A stretch of 64,000 nt of DNA from a virus (lineage: Duplodnaviria; Caudoviricetes). The stretch lies in IMG/VR virus record IMGVR_UViG_2684623176_000004, positions 1 through 64,000 of that record. The stretch is one strand, 5' to 3'. Position numbers and translations under genes: made by a program. The notes beneath the pieces are model-generated. The model worked only from the letters and a program-made list of their open reading frames with translations. It searched no databases and was not told the origin of the DNA. Positions 1 through 9,159 of the stretch are shown piece after piece. Numbering within the stretch: the first letter of the stretch is position 1; the number at the start of each line of letters is the position of its first letter.

Positions 1-255
1 ATGAAATTGAAAAAAGTTTTAACTGGTTCTGCCTTATCTCTTGCTTTATTAGTTTCTGCTGCTCCTGCTTTTGCTATGACTCCTTCAAACTCTGTAAAAG
101 AAAAAAGTAGTGATTCAATCTCAATTCAGGCAACAAAGGTTGTGGCTAGCTCTTCAAATAATTTTGCTTCTGTTATTTATGAAAACGGTGTTAAATGGAC
201 ATTTTCATATTCTTATAACAGCGGCGGAGTGTGGTATGGAGTTTACACAAGCTAG
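1..255 (+). CDS. LCI-fold secreted antimicrobial peptide precursor (host gene)
   Basis: Signal peptide MKLKKVLTGSALSLALLVSAAPAFA resembles the Bacillus LCI precursor. The mature part KVVASSSNNFASVIYENGVKWTF..GVWYGVY parallels LCI. Confidence 0.8.
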   Translation: MKLKKVLTGSALSLALLVSAAPAFAMTPSNSVKEKSSDSISIQATKVVASSSNNFASVIYENGVKWTFSYSYNSGGVWYGVYTS

Positions 256-259
256 AATT

Positions 260-281
260 AAGGGGCCTTTTTGGCCCCTTT
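260..281 (+). terminator. Intrinsic terminator after the LCI-like gene
   Basis: aaggggcc-tttt-ggcccctt hairpin directly after the stop codon. Confidence 0.75.
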
Positions 282-683
282 CATTAGGTGATTTTGAATA
301 CTGTAATCATGCTTTATACCTCCTGTTCAATACCTAAAATCCCCCATGGCTGCGGCCGCAATGAGGTCACAGGCATAAACGCGGATTTCTAAATCAAGCA
401 TCGTGTATCGCATTCTGGCAATAGTATTCGAGTTTGATCGCCCCCTTAATTCTCCTTAAACCATTTATATTTGGTCATATGTTTACTTACATACAGTTTC
501 GGATAGTTTTCAGCGAAGTAAGGCGGAACCCGTATCGCTCAATTTGTTTCTATTTCAAACAATAAAAATAATAAAATGAAAGAGGATGCCTCACAGTTCA
601 GCAAACTTTCGGAAGCATCCTCGATCTCGGGATTTCATAAAGAAATGTTATTAAAATGTTATTTTTTCAAGAAAAACGGGTGA

Positions 684-1603
684 CTAACCCTCTTGAACCC
701 TTGTCACATCAAGGGTTTTTTTCGTTTTAGGAATCATATTATAAACAATATTCAAAAGGACGGCGGTAAAGCTGCCGGCGACGATTCCGTTTGTGGTCAA
801 AAGATTTAAGTAAGACGGCAGGTGTTTAAACATATCGGGAACGACGGTTACGCCGAGTCCCAATCCGACGGAACACGCGACGATCAGAAGATTTTCCTGC
901 TTTTTGAAGTCAATTTGGCTGAGCATTTTAATGCCGTAGGAAATGACCATACCGAACATGGCCACCATCGCTCCGCCCAGTACCGAAGATGGGATGATGG
1001 TCGTGAAAGCTGCGATTTTCGGAAAAAGACCGAAAAGCATTAAAAGTGCGCCCGTAACACCGATGACCGCGTTTTTCTTAATTCCCGTCAGCTGCACGAG
1101 GCCGACGTTTTGGGAATAGGCCGTGTACGGAAATGCGTTGAAAATGCCGCTGATGAATACCGCAAGGCCTTCAGCGCGGTAGCCTTTTGCTAAATCACGT
1201 TCTGACAGGCTCCGGTTTGTCAGATCACCTAAAGCGAAATAGACGCCGGTTGATTCCACAAGGCTGACAATGGCAACGATGGACATCGTAATAATCGGTG
1301 CCGCATGAAATGTCGGCGTCCCAAAGTAAAACGGTTTAATCATTTGAATTGCGTCAGCGTTCGCCACATTGTCAAATTGCACTTTGCCCATAAAATAAGC
1401 GATGGCCGTCCCGATGACAATGCCGATTAAAATCGAAATGGATTTCATAAATCCTTTTGTAAACCGATAAAGCAGCACGATGATGACAAGCACCGTAAAT
1501 CCGAGGGCAAGGTTAGCCGGATCACCGAAATCCTTGCTGCCTTCCCCGCCGGCAATATGATTCATTGCAACCGGCATCAAGGTCATCCCGATAATCGTGA
1601 CAA
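684..1603 (-). pseudogene. pbuX: Xanthine permease PbuX, 3' portion; the 5' ~130 codons are cut off by prophage insertion
   Basis: NCS2/NAT motifs (ESTG, YSQNVGLVQLTG) and close match to recalled PbuX from VTIIG onward. GC content drops abruptly past ~1605. Confidence 0.9.
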
Positions 1604-1612
1604 GCATTATAG
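1596..1612. other. Prophage attachment junction inside pbuX
   Basis: PbuX similarity (..GSV|VTIIG) stops at about 1603 and AT-rich phage sequence begins. The exact core needs the other att site, which is outside the window. Confidence 0.7.
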
Positions 1613-1625
1613 TTTAAGTACAACA

Positions 1626-1658
1626 ATAAAAAGAGCCGATTTAATGGCTCTTTTCTTT
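1626..1658 (-). terminator. Bidirectional-type terminator at the prophage end
   Basis: aaaagagcc-gatttaat-ggctctttt hairpin with A and T tails. Confidence 0.7.
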
Positions 1659-1805
1659 TGCTAATAAATTAGACATTACTTCATTCACTTTTAGATTGAC
1701 TTTCTTAATTGCTTCAGCCGATGGTTGATTCATGCTTTCAATCGTTATATGATATTTTTCTATTTCAAACGATTGCTTTGAAGATGATTTAATGAATTCA
1801 CTCAT
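1641..1805 (-). CDS. 54-aa protein, putative recombination directionality factor (sprB/yotN position)
   Basis: MSEFIKSSSKQSFEIEKYHITIESMNQPSAEAIKKVNLKVNEVMSNLLAKEKSH. ATGA overlap with the upstream gene; last gene before att; not in the ORF track. Confidence 0.6.
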   Translation of the reverse strand: MSEFIKSSSKQSFEIEKYHITIESMNQPSAEAIKKVNLKVNEVMSNLLAKEKSH

Positions 1806-2356
1806 ACAACGCTCACACTCTGCTGTTCTTTTTTAATCAAATCATCGCAAAGCTTGTTCAAGTAATATGTATAGTTAACTTTTTTCTTCATACAGCGTAC
1901 TTCTGTCCCGATCTCTTCGCATATGGCAATCGGAATGCTGGCTTTGTTTACTTTATTCTTATATGTATGTTCCAATTGATTTTCAGCTATGTTCTTATAT
2001 GTAAGGAAATCATTAATATGTACGAAATAAACTTTGTTTTCTGGCTCTCTAAACTGAAACAGGAAGCCAGGGATTATGTTTGGATATTGTGTTGCTTCTT
2101 TTAAGTGTTTGATCTGTTGTGCCTTAATAATTTCTTCTCGAAAGGCTATAGACTTGTCTTTTGTTGATTTAAGTTCAAAAGGAAATAAGTATCCTTTAAA
2201 GTGCAGGAAGCAATCATATTTGTTTTTTGATACTGCAGCTCCCCTTTTTAAAAACATTGGATTAACATCTTTAATTCTATAGAAGAACAGCTTTTGATCT
2301 GCAGCTGATTTTTCTATATTTGCTTCAAAAACCTTACCTTGGTTTGTACCTCCCAA
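1802..2356 (-). CDS. yotM: RecU-like Holliday junction resolvase (YotM-like)
   Basis: GKVFE..YDC..FELKST PD-(D/E)XK RecU motifs; SPbeta synteny. Confidence 0.8.
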   Translation of the reverse strand: MGGTNQGKVFEANIEKSAADQKLFFYRIKDVNPMFLKRGAAVSKNKYDCFLHFKGYLFPFELKSTKDKSIAFREEIIKAQQIKHLKEATQYPNIIPGFLFQFREPENKVYFVHINDFLTYKNIAENQLEHTYKNKVNKASIPIAICEEIGTEVRCMKKKVNYTYYLNKLCDDLIKKEQQSVSVV

Positions 2357-2453
2357 TCAATCACTCTCCTAAAATATTGAAACCGAAATTGAAATTAAAA
2401 TAAACCTTTGCTACACTGTTTTATGTCAATTAATATTGAAAGAAGTGTACGAA

Positions 2454-2693
2454 ATGAAGCAATGGACACCCCTACGCCCACGTTTAAATGAATTAATGTT
2501 TGAATATGACCTCACAGTTGATGACCTTTTCAAACGCACAGGATACCCGAGACAACGTATCCACGATTATGTAAGTGGAGCCAAAGCAAATATGAACTTA
2601 GCTACGGGTATGACTTTTGCTGATGCCATTGGTTGCTCAATTGAAGAGCTGTACGAATGGAACCATAAAGAAAGAAGAAAAGTTAAATCTTAA
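2454..2693 (+). CDS. yotL: XRE-family HTH regulator (YotL-like)
   Basis: HTH_3 pattern; opposite strand, as in SPbeta. Confidence 0.7.
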   Translation: MKQWTPLRPRLNELMFEYDLTVDDLFKRTGYPRQRIHDYVSGAKANMNLATGMTFADAIGCSIEELYEWNHKERRKVKS

Positions 2694-2877
2694 TCCCTTT
2701 CCGAGCCCACCTGATTTCCTGCATTAATTCTTCATTATTATCTGAAAGGTTAATCAGGTTACGGTGGGCTCTTTGTAAATCTTTTTCTTCAATGGCTTCC
2801 TTTGCTGTTTTCATTTGCCTCTCCATCTTATTACACAGTGCTTGAATTGAATGATAAGCCTCGTTAATTGTTCCCAC
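2683..2877 (-). CDS. Small phage protein (YotK-like)
   Basis: ORF with GGAGG RBS; synteny. Confidence 0.55.
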   Translation of the reverse strand: MGTINEAYHSIQALCNKMERQMKTAKEAIEEKDLQRAHRNLINLSDNNEELMQEIRWARKGIKI

Positions 2878-2995
2878 CTCTTTCCTCCATCATTACTTTT
2901 CAAACTTCATTTGACTTTAAATTAAGGAATTATTATGGTATCTATATTATGCGATTATGTATGTCATTTCTTGATTAAGTATTTGCCTTTACCTG

Positions 2996-3445
2996 TTAAT
3001 GGGCAACAAGTATATCAGGATCATTCGCTCTATGTGGGAATTCTAAATGATCATCAAAGTAATGTACTGTGGTATGCGGACTATGAAAATTCCTATTATA
3101 GTTACTAGTTCTCATTTTTATTGTGCTACGGTCATACATCTCTTCCCACTTCAAATAGGCGACTTTATTGTTTACAGTGTCAACTAAAGCAAGAACATCA
3201 AAACTATTTTCCGAATACACATTGTTAGATCTGCGAATATCAAATACCAACTTATCATTCAGAACCTTATTAGAAGCTTTTACTTGAATTTTAAAGGTTG
3301 CCCCATTTTTTATAGCAACAATATCAATTAAGCTTCCATTGTTCATTGGCGCAAAAAGCTCAAACCCCTTTTTAGTTAAGTCATATAAAACTAGAAACTC
3401 TCCACAATCCCCAGTTTTTCTTTTTTCATCTTTTAATAGACCCAT
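2996..3445 (-). CDS. Free-standing PD-(D/E)XK endonuclease (group I intron-associated type)
   Basis: G..GE...L...G...F.P.....IDIVA......KIQVK motif. Confidence 0.7.
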   Translation of the reverse strand: MGLLKDEKRKTGDCGEFLVLYDLTKKGFELFAPMNNGSLIDIVAIKNGATFKIQVKASNKVLNDKLVFDIRRSNNVYSENSFDVLALVDTVNNKVAYLKWEEMYDRSTIKMRTSNYNRNFHSPHTTVHYFDDHLEFPHRANDPDILVAH

Positions 3446-3492
3446 ACATTGCCTCCGCTTATTTTATTTTCACTCTAAATAAAAGACCGATT

Positions 3493-3666
3493 TTATTCAG
3501 TTTTTGAGTTAGATTGTAATTTAAAATTCAATAATCCAAATAACAACACGAAGACAAAGCTTACCGACAATTGAGCAATAGAATATCCTTTCGCTATATA
3601 ATAGCCAATCAAAATCCCTTCAATGACACCTAAAAGATAACTCAAACCTTTAGCTAATTTGTTCAA
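3493..3666 (-). CDS. 57-aa membrane protein
   Basis: AAGGAGG RBS with TTG start, two hydrophobic segments; not in the ORF track. Confidence 0.6.
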   Translation of the reverse strand: MNKLAKGLSYLLGVIEGILIGYYIAKGYSIAQLSVSFVFVLLFGLLNFKLQSNSKTE

Positions 3667-3695
3667 TAAATCGCCTCCTTCATAATTTTATATTT

Positions 3696-3860
3696 TCACT
3701 TCACTTTAATTGACTTAAAAGACAGGTGCACTCGTATCCAATAAAGTGCATCGCTTGCTTCATGAAAATCACCTTTAAAGAAATTCTTCACTACACTTTT
3801 TAATAAGAAAAAAATATGTCTCCAGTCGTCATGCTTAAAACTCATAATCCTTTTTATCAT
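3696..3860 (-). CDS. Hypothetical protein
   Basis: GGAGG RBS; ATGA coupling to the upstream gene. Confidence 0.5.
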   Translation of the reverse strand: MIKRIMSFKHDDWRHIFFLLKSVVKNFFKGDFHEASDALYWIRVHLSFKSIKVK

Positions 3861-4027
3861 TGAAATAATCCTCCCCATATCACTCCTGCCGCAATGGCAA
3901 CAATAAAAACTGAAATAAATTTTATTACACCAATATACACTGCAAATTTAATATCCCCGTGGGAATCCATTCTTGCCAACAACACAAGCCCGAATGCAAC
4001 GAACAAAATCCAAGCTGTTACAATCAT
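3857..4027 (-). CDS. 56-aa membrane protein (YotH-like)
   Basis: MIVTAWILFVAFG...IAAGVIWGGLFQ; not in the ORF track. Confidence 0.6.
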   Translation of the reverse strand: MIVTAWILFVAFGLVLLARMDSHGDIKFAVYIGVIKFISVFIVAIAAGVIWGGLFQ

Positions 4028-4576
4028 CTACTTAGAACCCCTTTCGACTGTATATCCACCGGCAATGTCATTTAAGATCGTACTACTTGAAGAAAGCTTG
4101 TTGCTCTCACTATCTTTATTTTTAGTGTAATTAATGAAATCATCGAACTGGATCAAATACACCCCGTAAGCTGTGTTATTCAATTTATCAATTGTTTCGT
4201 CACTTGGTTTCAAAAACCAGCTATCAGTACCTTGTCCATATACTTCAAAAATTTGAACAATTTCGTCCTTATGCTCAAAGTAAGCCAGCTTATTTTCAAG
4301 TTCACATTCCTCATCAACTGGATTTCCTACATGATTTGTCGCATATTCCATCATTGAAGTAAGCATGTAGCCTAATTCAACGTCAGAGAAGCTTAGCTGT
4401 GGTTTAGGTGTTCCATAATAAATATCTGCTTCATTTAGTGATCCTCTTTGGTTCACTTCTTTAATGATCTCTTCGATAGCTGTGTAGCCTTCATGAATGA
4501 TGAATTCCCTACGTTCCTCATCTCTTCGTTTATAATTTTCTAATATATCATTAACATTAAATTCTGTTTTCGCCAT
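4028..4576 (-). CDS. Hypothetical phage protein
   Basis: Start MAKTEF follows an AAGGAGAG RBS. Confidence 0.65.
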   Translation of the reverse strand: MAKTEFNVNDILENYKRRDEERREFIIHEGYTAIEEIIKEVNQRGSLNEADIYYGTPKPQLSFSDVELGYMLTSMMEYATNHVGNPVDEECELENKLAYFEHKDEIVQIFEVYGQGTDSWFLKPSDETIDKLNNTAYGVYLIQFDDFINYTKNKDSESNKLSSSSTILNDIAGGYTVERGSK

Positions 4577-4994
4577 TAAAACTCTCCTTTGATTATCTGT
4601 TTGCAAATATTAGTATATTCCTGAATGCTATTAATGGTCGTGATGATGCAACCCCTTACCTCTTCTGGTTCTTTAAAATCCATCTCACATTTAAGACAGT
4701 ATTCATCAATCTCAATCATTGCAAGAAATTGATCATTGCTTGGTAAATTTTCAAAATCAATTTCTTTAACCTTGGGATACCTTTTCCCTTAATCCATTCA
4801 ATAAAGGAATAATCAACATTGTTTTTTGCTGCTGCGATTTTTAAAAACTCATGAATATCAGAAGAGTTCTTAATATTGAAATAAATGTGGAGACTTTCCT
4901 TCATGAGATCAAATAATCGCAATAGAGCTTTATCAATGCTACTGTCTGGTTTAGTCTTGAAGTCTATATCAAACCAGGACATTACGCTCTCCAT
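4576..4994 (-). pseudogene. Frameshifted hypothetical phage gene (~139 aa if intact)
   Basis: At ~4765 the -1 frame continues EIDFENLPSNDQFLAMIEIDEYCLK...IKGEF* and ends in a TAATG overlap with the next gene. Confidence 0.6.
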
Positions 4995-5018
4995 TCAATC
5001 CCTCCTTGTACAAATCGA

Positions 5019-5240
5019 TCATTCAGTTTCCCCATTTCTCTTTTTAACTGATAATCTAAGTGTCTTTGTGTCGTATCCTCGCTGTTTCAAATCCTGTATA
5101 AAATTATTAAATGCCTCTGTCTTTAGAAAATCATGCAGCTCCCAACCGTCTTGCTTTCTCGGGTAATAAATCCTCCAATCGTTATCCTTTTTAGACCAAC
5201 AAGCTCCTAAAGTGGTTACGTAATTAAATCCCCTGCTCAA
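5019..5240 (-). CDS. Hypothetical protein
   Basis: ORF with AAGGAG RBS. Confidence 0.55.
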   Translation of the reverse strand: MSRGFNYVTTLGACWSKKDNDWRIYYPRKQDGWELHDFLKTEAFNNFIQDLKQRGYDTKTLRLSVKKRNGETE

Positions 5241-5276
5241 TTTTCTTTCTCCTTTCTAAATGAAATCAACATTTTA

Positions 5277-5468
5277 TCAATCCTCTTCGACTTCTCCATC
5301 TAATTCTTGTTTTAATTTGTAAGCAGATTCAGCAATCCCTTGAAACTCCTTTTCAAGAAGATTTGCTCTCTTGGCTCTTTCAATAAGCCATTCATATGAC
5401 ACCCTATCTAATTCAACCATTGTTTCAGATGCGTAAAATGCCTTTTCTTCAATTGTCATGGCTATCAA
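5277..5468 (-). CDS. Hypothetical protein
   Basis: ORF with RBS; bracketed by two palindromic junction motifs. Confidence 0.55.
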   Translation of the reverse strand: MIAMTIEEKAFYASETMVELDRVSYEWLIERAKRANLLEKEFQGIAESAYKLKQELDGEVEED

Positions 5469-5506
5469 CCCTTCCTGTATAAAATTAGAATTTTATGTTC
5501 TCTATC

Positions 5507-5728
5507 TTAGTCAGTTTTAAATAACCTTCCTTGGATTAAATAGACCCAGTCTAAATGAATATGCCCAACGACTTCTTCCTTTTCATTGACTAACTGAGTA
5601 CCGTTTGATTTTTCAATTGTCAGTTTTGCCGTCTCTGCATCTAATTTGGAATAGTATGAATAAGCATTAGGTTCTTCATCATGATCTTTATACACGACTG
5701 TCCACACATCATCTGATTTTTTCTTCAC
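5507..5728 (-). CDS. Hypothetical protein
   Basis: GAGGTG RBS with GTG start. Confidence 0.55.
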   Translation of the reverse strand: MKKKSDDVWTVVYKDHDEEPNAYSYYSKLDAETAKLTIEKSNGTQLVNEKEEVVGHIHLDWVYLIQGRLFKTD

Positions 5729-5737
5729 GGTTTCACC

Positions 5738-6565
5738 TCAAATTTCAAATGTTTTCAGCTCAAACGTTTTATACGTATCAACTTGATTACCTGGTATCTC
5801 ATTTACTCTTGGGTACATATCATAGTCATACGGATATCCAATACAGTTCATGTGAAAGCTCGTTCCTTCTATATAAAACTCAGCTTGTAAATGATCGTGT
5901 CCACAAATCCAATGTTCGGCATTAATGAATGGCAAATCGACCATATAGCAGCTGTTAGGCTCAAATGGTGAATATGGATTGTGAACAGGAGGGACATGTG
6001 AGACAAATACATCAATGTGAGAGTTTTCAAGAGTGTCATACCAGTCCATTGACTCTTTCCACATTGCTCTTACCCCATCTTCTTTGCTGTATCCATTAAG
6101 GCTGATATAGTTTGAATCATTAGAGACTCCTTTGAAGAAATCCCATCCGTCATTTCCTTTTGGAAGATACCACATGACATCTCCAGTAAAGACTTTACCT
6201 TTGTATGTATCCGTTGACTTTATCAATGGAGTGACATTCTTGATATCTACAGCCTTTTGAATTAAATCATTTAACCTTCCCAATGAATCTGAGTATTTTC
6301 GTTGCTGATTTTTGCTGAGTAAATAAAGATCATGATTACCATACGTGAAATATACCCTTTCATATTGCTTCGCTACTTCATCCAGTACCCATAGTGTCTG
6401 TTGATTCCACTCAGTAAAGTCACCGGCAATGATTAATACCTCTCCATGTCCATTCGATATTAACCTTCTAACAATTTCCCTTGTTCGCCTTTCCCATTTG
6501 ATTTGGTTATTGTTCCAAGGTATCCAGTGATTAATATGAAGATCTGAAACATAATCGATTTTCAT
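5738..6565 (-). CDS. yotB: Calcineurin-like metallophosphoesterase (YotB-like)
   Basis: SDLH, AGD, GNHD, SH.PP and GHDH motifs. Confidence 0.85.
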   Translation of the reverse strand: MKIDYVSDLHINHWIPWNNNQIKWERRTREIVRRLISNGHGEVLIIAGDFTEWNQQTLWVLDEVAKQYERVYFTYGNHDLYLLSKNQQRKYSDSLGRLNDLIQKAVDIKNVTPLIKSTDTYKGKVFTGDVMWYLPKGNDGWDFFKGVSNDSNYISLNGYSKEDGVRAMWKESMDWYDTLENSHIDVFVSHVPPVHNPYSPFEPNSCYMVDLPFINAEHWICGHDHLQAEFYIEGTSFHMNCIGYPYDYDMYPRVNEIPGNQVDTYKTFELKTFEI

Positions 6566-6654
6566 TTTATCCCCCATTTCTTTATGATTAAGTGGGTTTT
6601 AATTCATCCTCCACGACCGATAGTCATTTAAATCACCTCTTTTTCAAATTAAAA

Positions 6655-6684
6655 TGAATAATCTTAGAAAACCTCTCCATAATA
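6655..6684 (+). promoter_or_regulatory. Probable sigma-G promoter of sspC
   Basis: GAATA-N17-CATAATA upstream of the SASP gene. Confidence 0.55.
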
Positions 6685-6728
6685 TGATCGAACAAGCTTG
6701 TTTACATATTACTTTAGGAGATGATCAT

Positions 6729-6947
6729 ATGGCTCAACAAAACAGATCAAGATCAAACAATAATAATGAGTTAGTTGTACCGCAAGCTGCTTCAGCAATT
6801 GAACAAATGAAATATGAGATTGCTTCTGAATTTGGTGTTCAATTGGGCGCTGAGACAACAAGTAGAGCAAACGGATCAGTAGGTGGAGAGATTACAAAGC
6901 GTTTGGTTCGCTTAGCTCAACAAAGTATGAATGGGCAATTTCATTAA
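6729..6947 (+). CDS. sspC: Alpha/beta-type small acid-soluble spore protein
   Basis: [28 protein letters not shown] signature; terminator at 6953-6977. Confidence 0.95.
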   Translation: MAQQNRSRSNNNNELVVPQAASAIEQMKYEIASEFGVQLGAETTSRANGSVGGEITKRLVRLAQQSMNGQFH

Positions 6948-6988
6948 TTTATGAGGGGAGCAATTCCCTCTCTTTTTATGCTCCTTTC

Positions 6989-7294
6989 CTAAACCCGTAC
7001 ACCTAGATCATCAAAACTGCTAAATTCTTCTCTCAACCATTTGTAAATTTTTTCTCTGACCTCTGTGTCATTCCATCCCCATTCTTCTGCTAACAAATGA
7101 ATATCTCTCGGCAGGTGTTTATGTATTTGAACCGCAGATGTTGGGTCTGGTTTTTTGCCATAGTAATCATAATAACAATCGAAAATCTGGCCATACGCAT
7201 CTTCGTCTATCCACAAATAATGACAAACGGCACATCCTGAAATCCCCTTTGGACAAGGTATTTCAATCCTATACCTGCCATTGATTTTCTCCAT
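6989..7294 (-). CDS. Hypothetical protein (YosX-like)
   Basis: ORF with RBS; synteny. Confidence 0.55.
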   Translation of the reverse strand: MEKINGRYRIEIPCPKGISGCAVCHYLWIDEDAYGQIFDCYYDYYGKKPDPTSAVQIHKHLPRDIHLLAEEWGWNDTEVREKIYKWLREEFSSFDDLGVRV

Positions 7295-7336
7295 AGCTCA
7301 CTGCTCCTTCCTATAAAATACAGATTTCATATTAAA

Positions 7337-7516
7337 TTAGTTATGATAATTAATATCTTTTCTATCCATTGCTTTTCGGATTGCTCGTTCGTGTTTCGAT
7401 CTCCTTCTTTTGTTGTTTCCTTTAACTTTTGGTGTTTGAAATATTCCATCGCAAGTCCAATCATATCCGCTATACTTTTTAAACACCGCCGTCTTCAGGA
7501 GTCTATGATACGTCAC
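7337..7516 (-). CDS. 59-aa basic protein
   Basis: GGAGG RBS; GTGA overlap with the upstream stop. Confidence 0.5.
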   Translation of the reverse strand: MTYHRLLKTAVFKKYSGYDWTCDGIFQTPKVKGNNKRRRSKHERAIRKAMDRKDINYHN

Positions 7517-8271
7517 TCACCTCCCACCTCTTCACGTGAGTCGTTGATGATTTTTGCATAATGCGATGGGTACTGTATAATCCTTCCCGGCAAATGCACA
7601 TTAAGACTTCCTGCTTTTAAAGAAATAACGGGCTTTTTCTCTATTTCTCCGCTATCTAATGTAACTTCTATAACATCGCCCACACGAACCTCAGTCGGCT
7701 GCGGAGCGTTCAAGTATTCGTCTGGCACCGCTAACCCTAACGCACGTCTTAGTGCAATCGCCTTTCCGATGTGAACGTTGAAGCAGTCGGACGGTGTGGC
7801 TTTTGCTCGACCAACATGGCGTGGTGTCTTATCGTTAAGCCGTCTAACCAGAGCCGTCACTTTTCGTTCTTTTGAATCCACTATAAATTCAACGTAATAA
7901 ACCTTTACTTGGTAAGTCTCGTTCCCTTTCGATGAGTCAATGCCCGTATGATAGAATCCGTGCTCCCTTAGACACTCAACATCCGCCTTCGCATGCTCAA
8001 CGATTTCATCACGGCGGGCTTGGGCGCTTTTCTCCGGCTTCCATAAACGTTCCTCTAGTGTTGTACAGACCGGAGTCGTTACCGTATTTACATCACCAGA
8101 TATAATAACAACATCTTGATTCGTTTTTGCATAGTGAACAACGAATCTATAAGAATACGCGCCGCCAATAACAATATCTCCAAAACGAGATTTATAACCG
8201 AAATATTTATCGTCCTTCTTTTCAAATACCGTATTCGCATTATTGATAACCGTTTGATTTACGTTTTTCAT
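7513..8271 (-). CDS. Hypothetical phage protein, GC-richer than its neighbours
   Basis: GRAKA.P.DCFNVHIGKAIALRRALG motif, typical of Bacillus phage accessory proteins. Confidence 0.7.
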   Translation of the reverse strand: MKNVNQTVINNANTVFEKKDDKYFGYKSRFGDIVIGGAYSYRFVVHYAKTNQDVVIISGDVNTVTTPVCTTLEERLWKPEKSAQARRDEIVEHAKADVECLREHGFYHTGIDSSKGNETYQVKVYYVEFIVDSKERKVTALVRRLNDKTPRHVGRAKATPSDCFNVHIGKAIALRRALGLAVPDEYLNAPQPTEVRVGDVIEVTLDSGEIEKKPVISLKAGSLNVHLPGRIIQYPSHYAKIINDSREEVGGE

Positions 8272-8287
8272 TTCTTAACTCCTCACT

Positions 8288-8614
8288 CTAAGTTAAATTA
8301 ATTTGATTCTCAATTTCCTCAATAAATCTCTCTAAAGCTTCTTCATCAACCATAACTCGTCCATCTTGGACTTTGATGATTTCTTTCATTCGGTCATCCA
8401 TATTTCTAAATTCTTCTGCTTGCTGCACAGTAAACATTGCTCTGTATTTCTTTATGTATAAAAGAAAATCCTTAAGTACTCCAATCTCCCCAATTTTGTG
8501 GAGATTAAAATCTTCATGTTCCACTTCCAGCCGAAGTAAAGCTACTTCCTTTTCTAAAACGTCAATTTCAAGCCGTTCTTTCTTTGACAACAATTCTTGC
8601 TCTTTTTGTTGCAA
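8288..8614 (-). CDS. Hypothetical protein (YosW-like)
   Basis: AGGAGG RBS with TTG start. Confidence 0.6.
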   Translation of the reverse strand: MQQKEQELLSKKERLEIDVLEKEVALLRLEVEHEDFNLHKIGEIGVLKDFLLYIKKYRAMFTVQQAEEFRNMDDRMKEIIKVQDGRVMVDEEALERFIEEIENQINLT

Positions 8615-8665
8615 TTAATCACCTCCTTATAAGGATTAAATATTTAGCAATGTGAATATTGTTTT

Positions 8666-9031
8666 TTAAACTGATTCATACTTTAAATGCTTGTTTTTCT
8701 TTTTGCTAATCCTATACTCTGCAATTTTTAGTGATTCAAGAGTCCATCCGTTATTGTTTAAACTTCCGAAAAGTGTGTTCATTAATTGGAGCTCTTGTTT
8801 TAAGTTTCTTCGCTTTCTCAATATCTTTTGACCTTTTAACGAAAGGTGATATCCCTCTGAAGCATTAAATTTGTCCTCTTCTAGCTTGTGATAAAATTCA
8901 TTGAGCTCTTTATCAACTTTGCCTAGCTCTTTATAAAGGTTATCAATTTCATTTTGAAGTCGTTGTTTAGTCTCCTCAATTGCAACAAGAGGTTTGGAAA
9001 TGGAAACAAGATAATCTGTTGCAGTTTTCAT
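8666..9031 (-). CDS. Coiled-coil hypothetical protein
   Basis: ORF with RBS downstream of a promoter. Confidence 0.6.
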   Translation of the reverse strand: MKTATDYLVSISKPLVAIEETKQRLQNEIDNLYKELGKVDKELNEFYHKLEEDKFNASEGYHLSLKGQKILRKRRNLKQELQLMNTLFGSLNNNGWTLESLKIAEYRISKKKNKHLKYESV

Positions 9032-9077
9032 ATCGTCACTCCTATTTATTATTTTATTTTTACTCTAAAAGTATGTA

Positions 9078-9105
9078 AAAAAAGACAAGCTTTTAACTTG
9101 TCTTT
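9078..9105 (-). terminator. Intrinsic terminator after dfr
   Basis: aaagacaag-ctttaa-cttgtcttt hairpin with U-tract on the minus strand. Confidence 0.6.
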
Positions 9106-9157
9106 ATCTTATCATTTAACTTACCAGAAGTCTATAACTATTTTATTTTTATCCTCA
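9106..9157 (-). promoter_or_regulatory. SigA-type promoter with upstream SPbeta repeated element
   Basis: ATAAAAATAAAATA followed by TAGACT-N17-TAAGAT. Confidence 0.55.
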
Positions 9158-9159
9158 AA

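Noticed and set aside
652-667. TAAAA-tgttat-TTTTT, a near-match to the junction palindrome in host DNA
   Set aside because: Imperfect and outside the prophage; treated as background. It also shows that one-mismatch copies can arise by chance.
684-1607. 307-aa ORF as a complete permease
   Set aside because: It lacks the N-terminal ~130 aa of PbuX, and the ATG is phage-derived with no RBS
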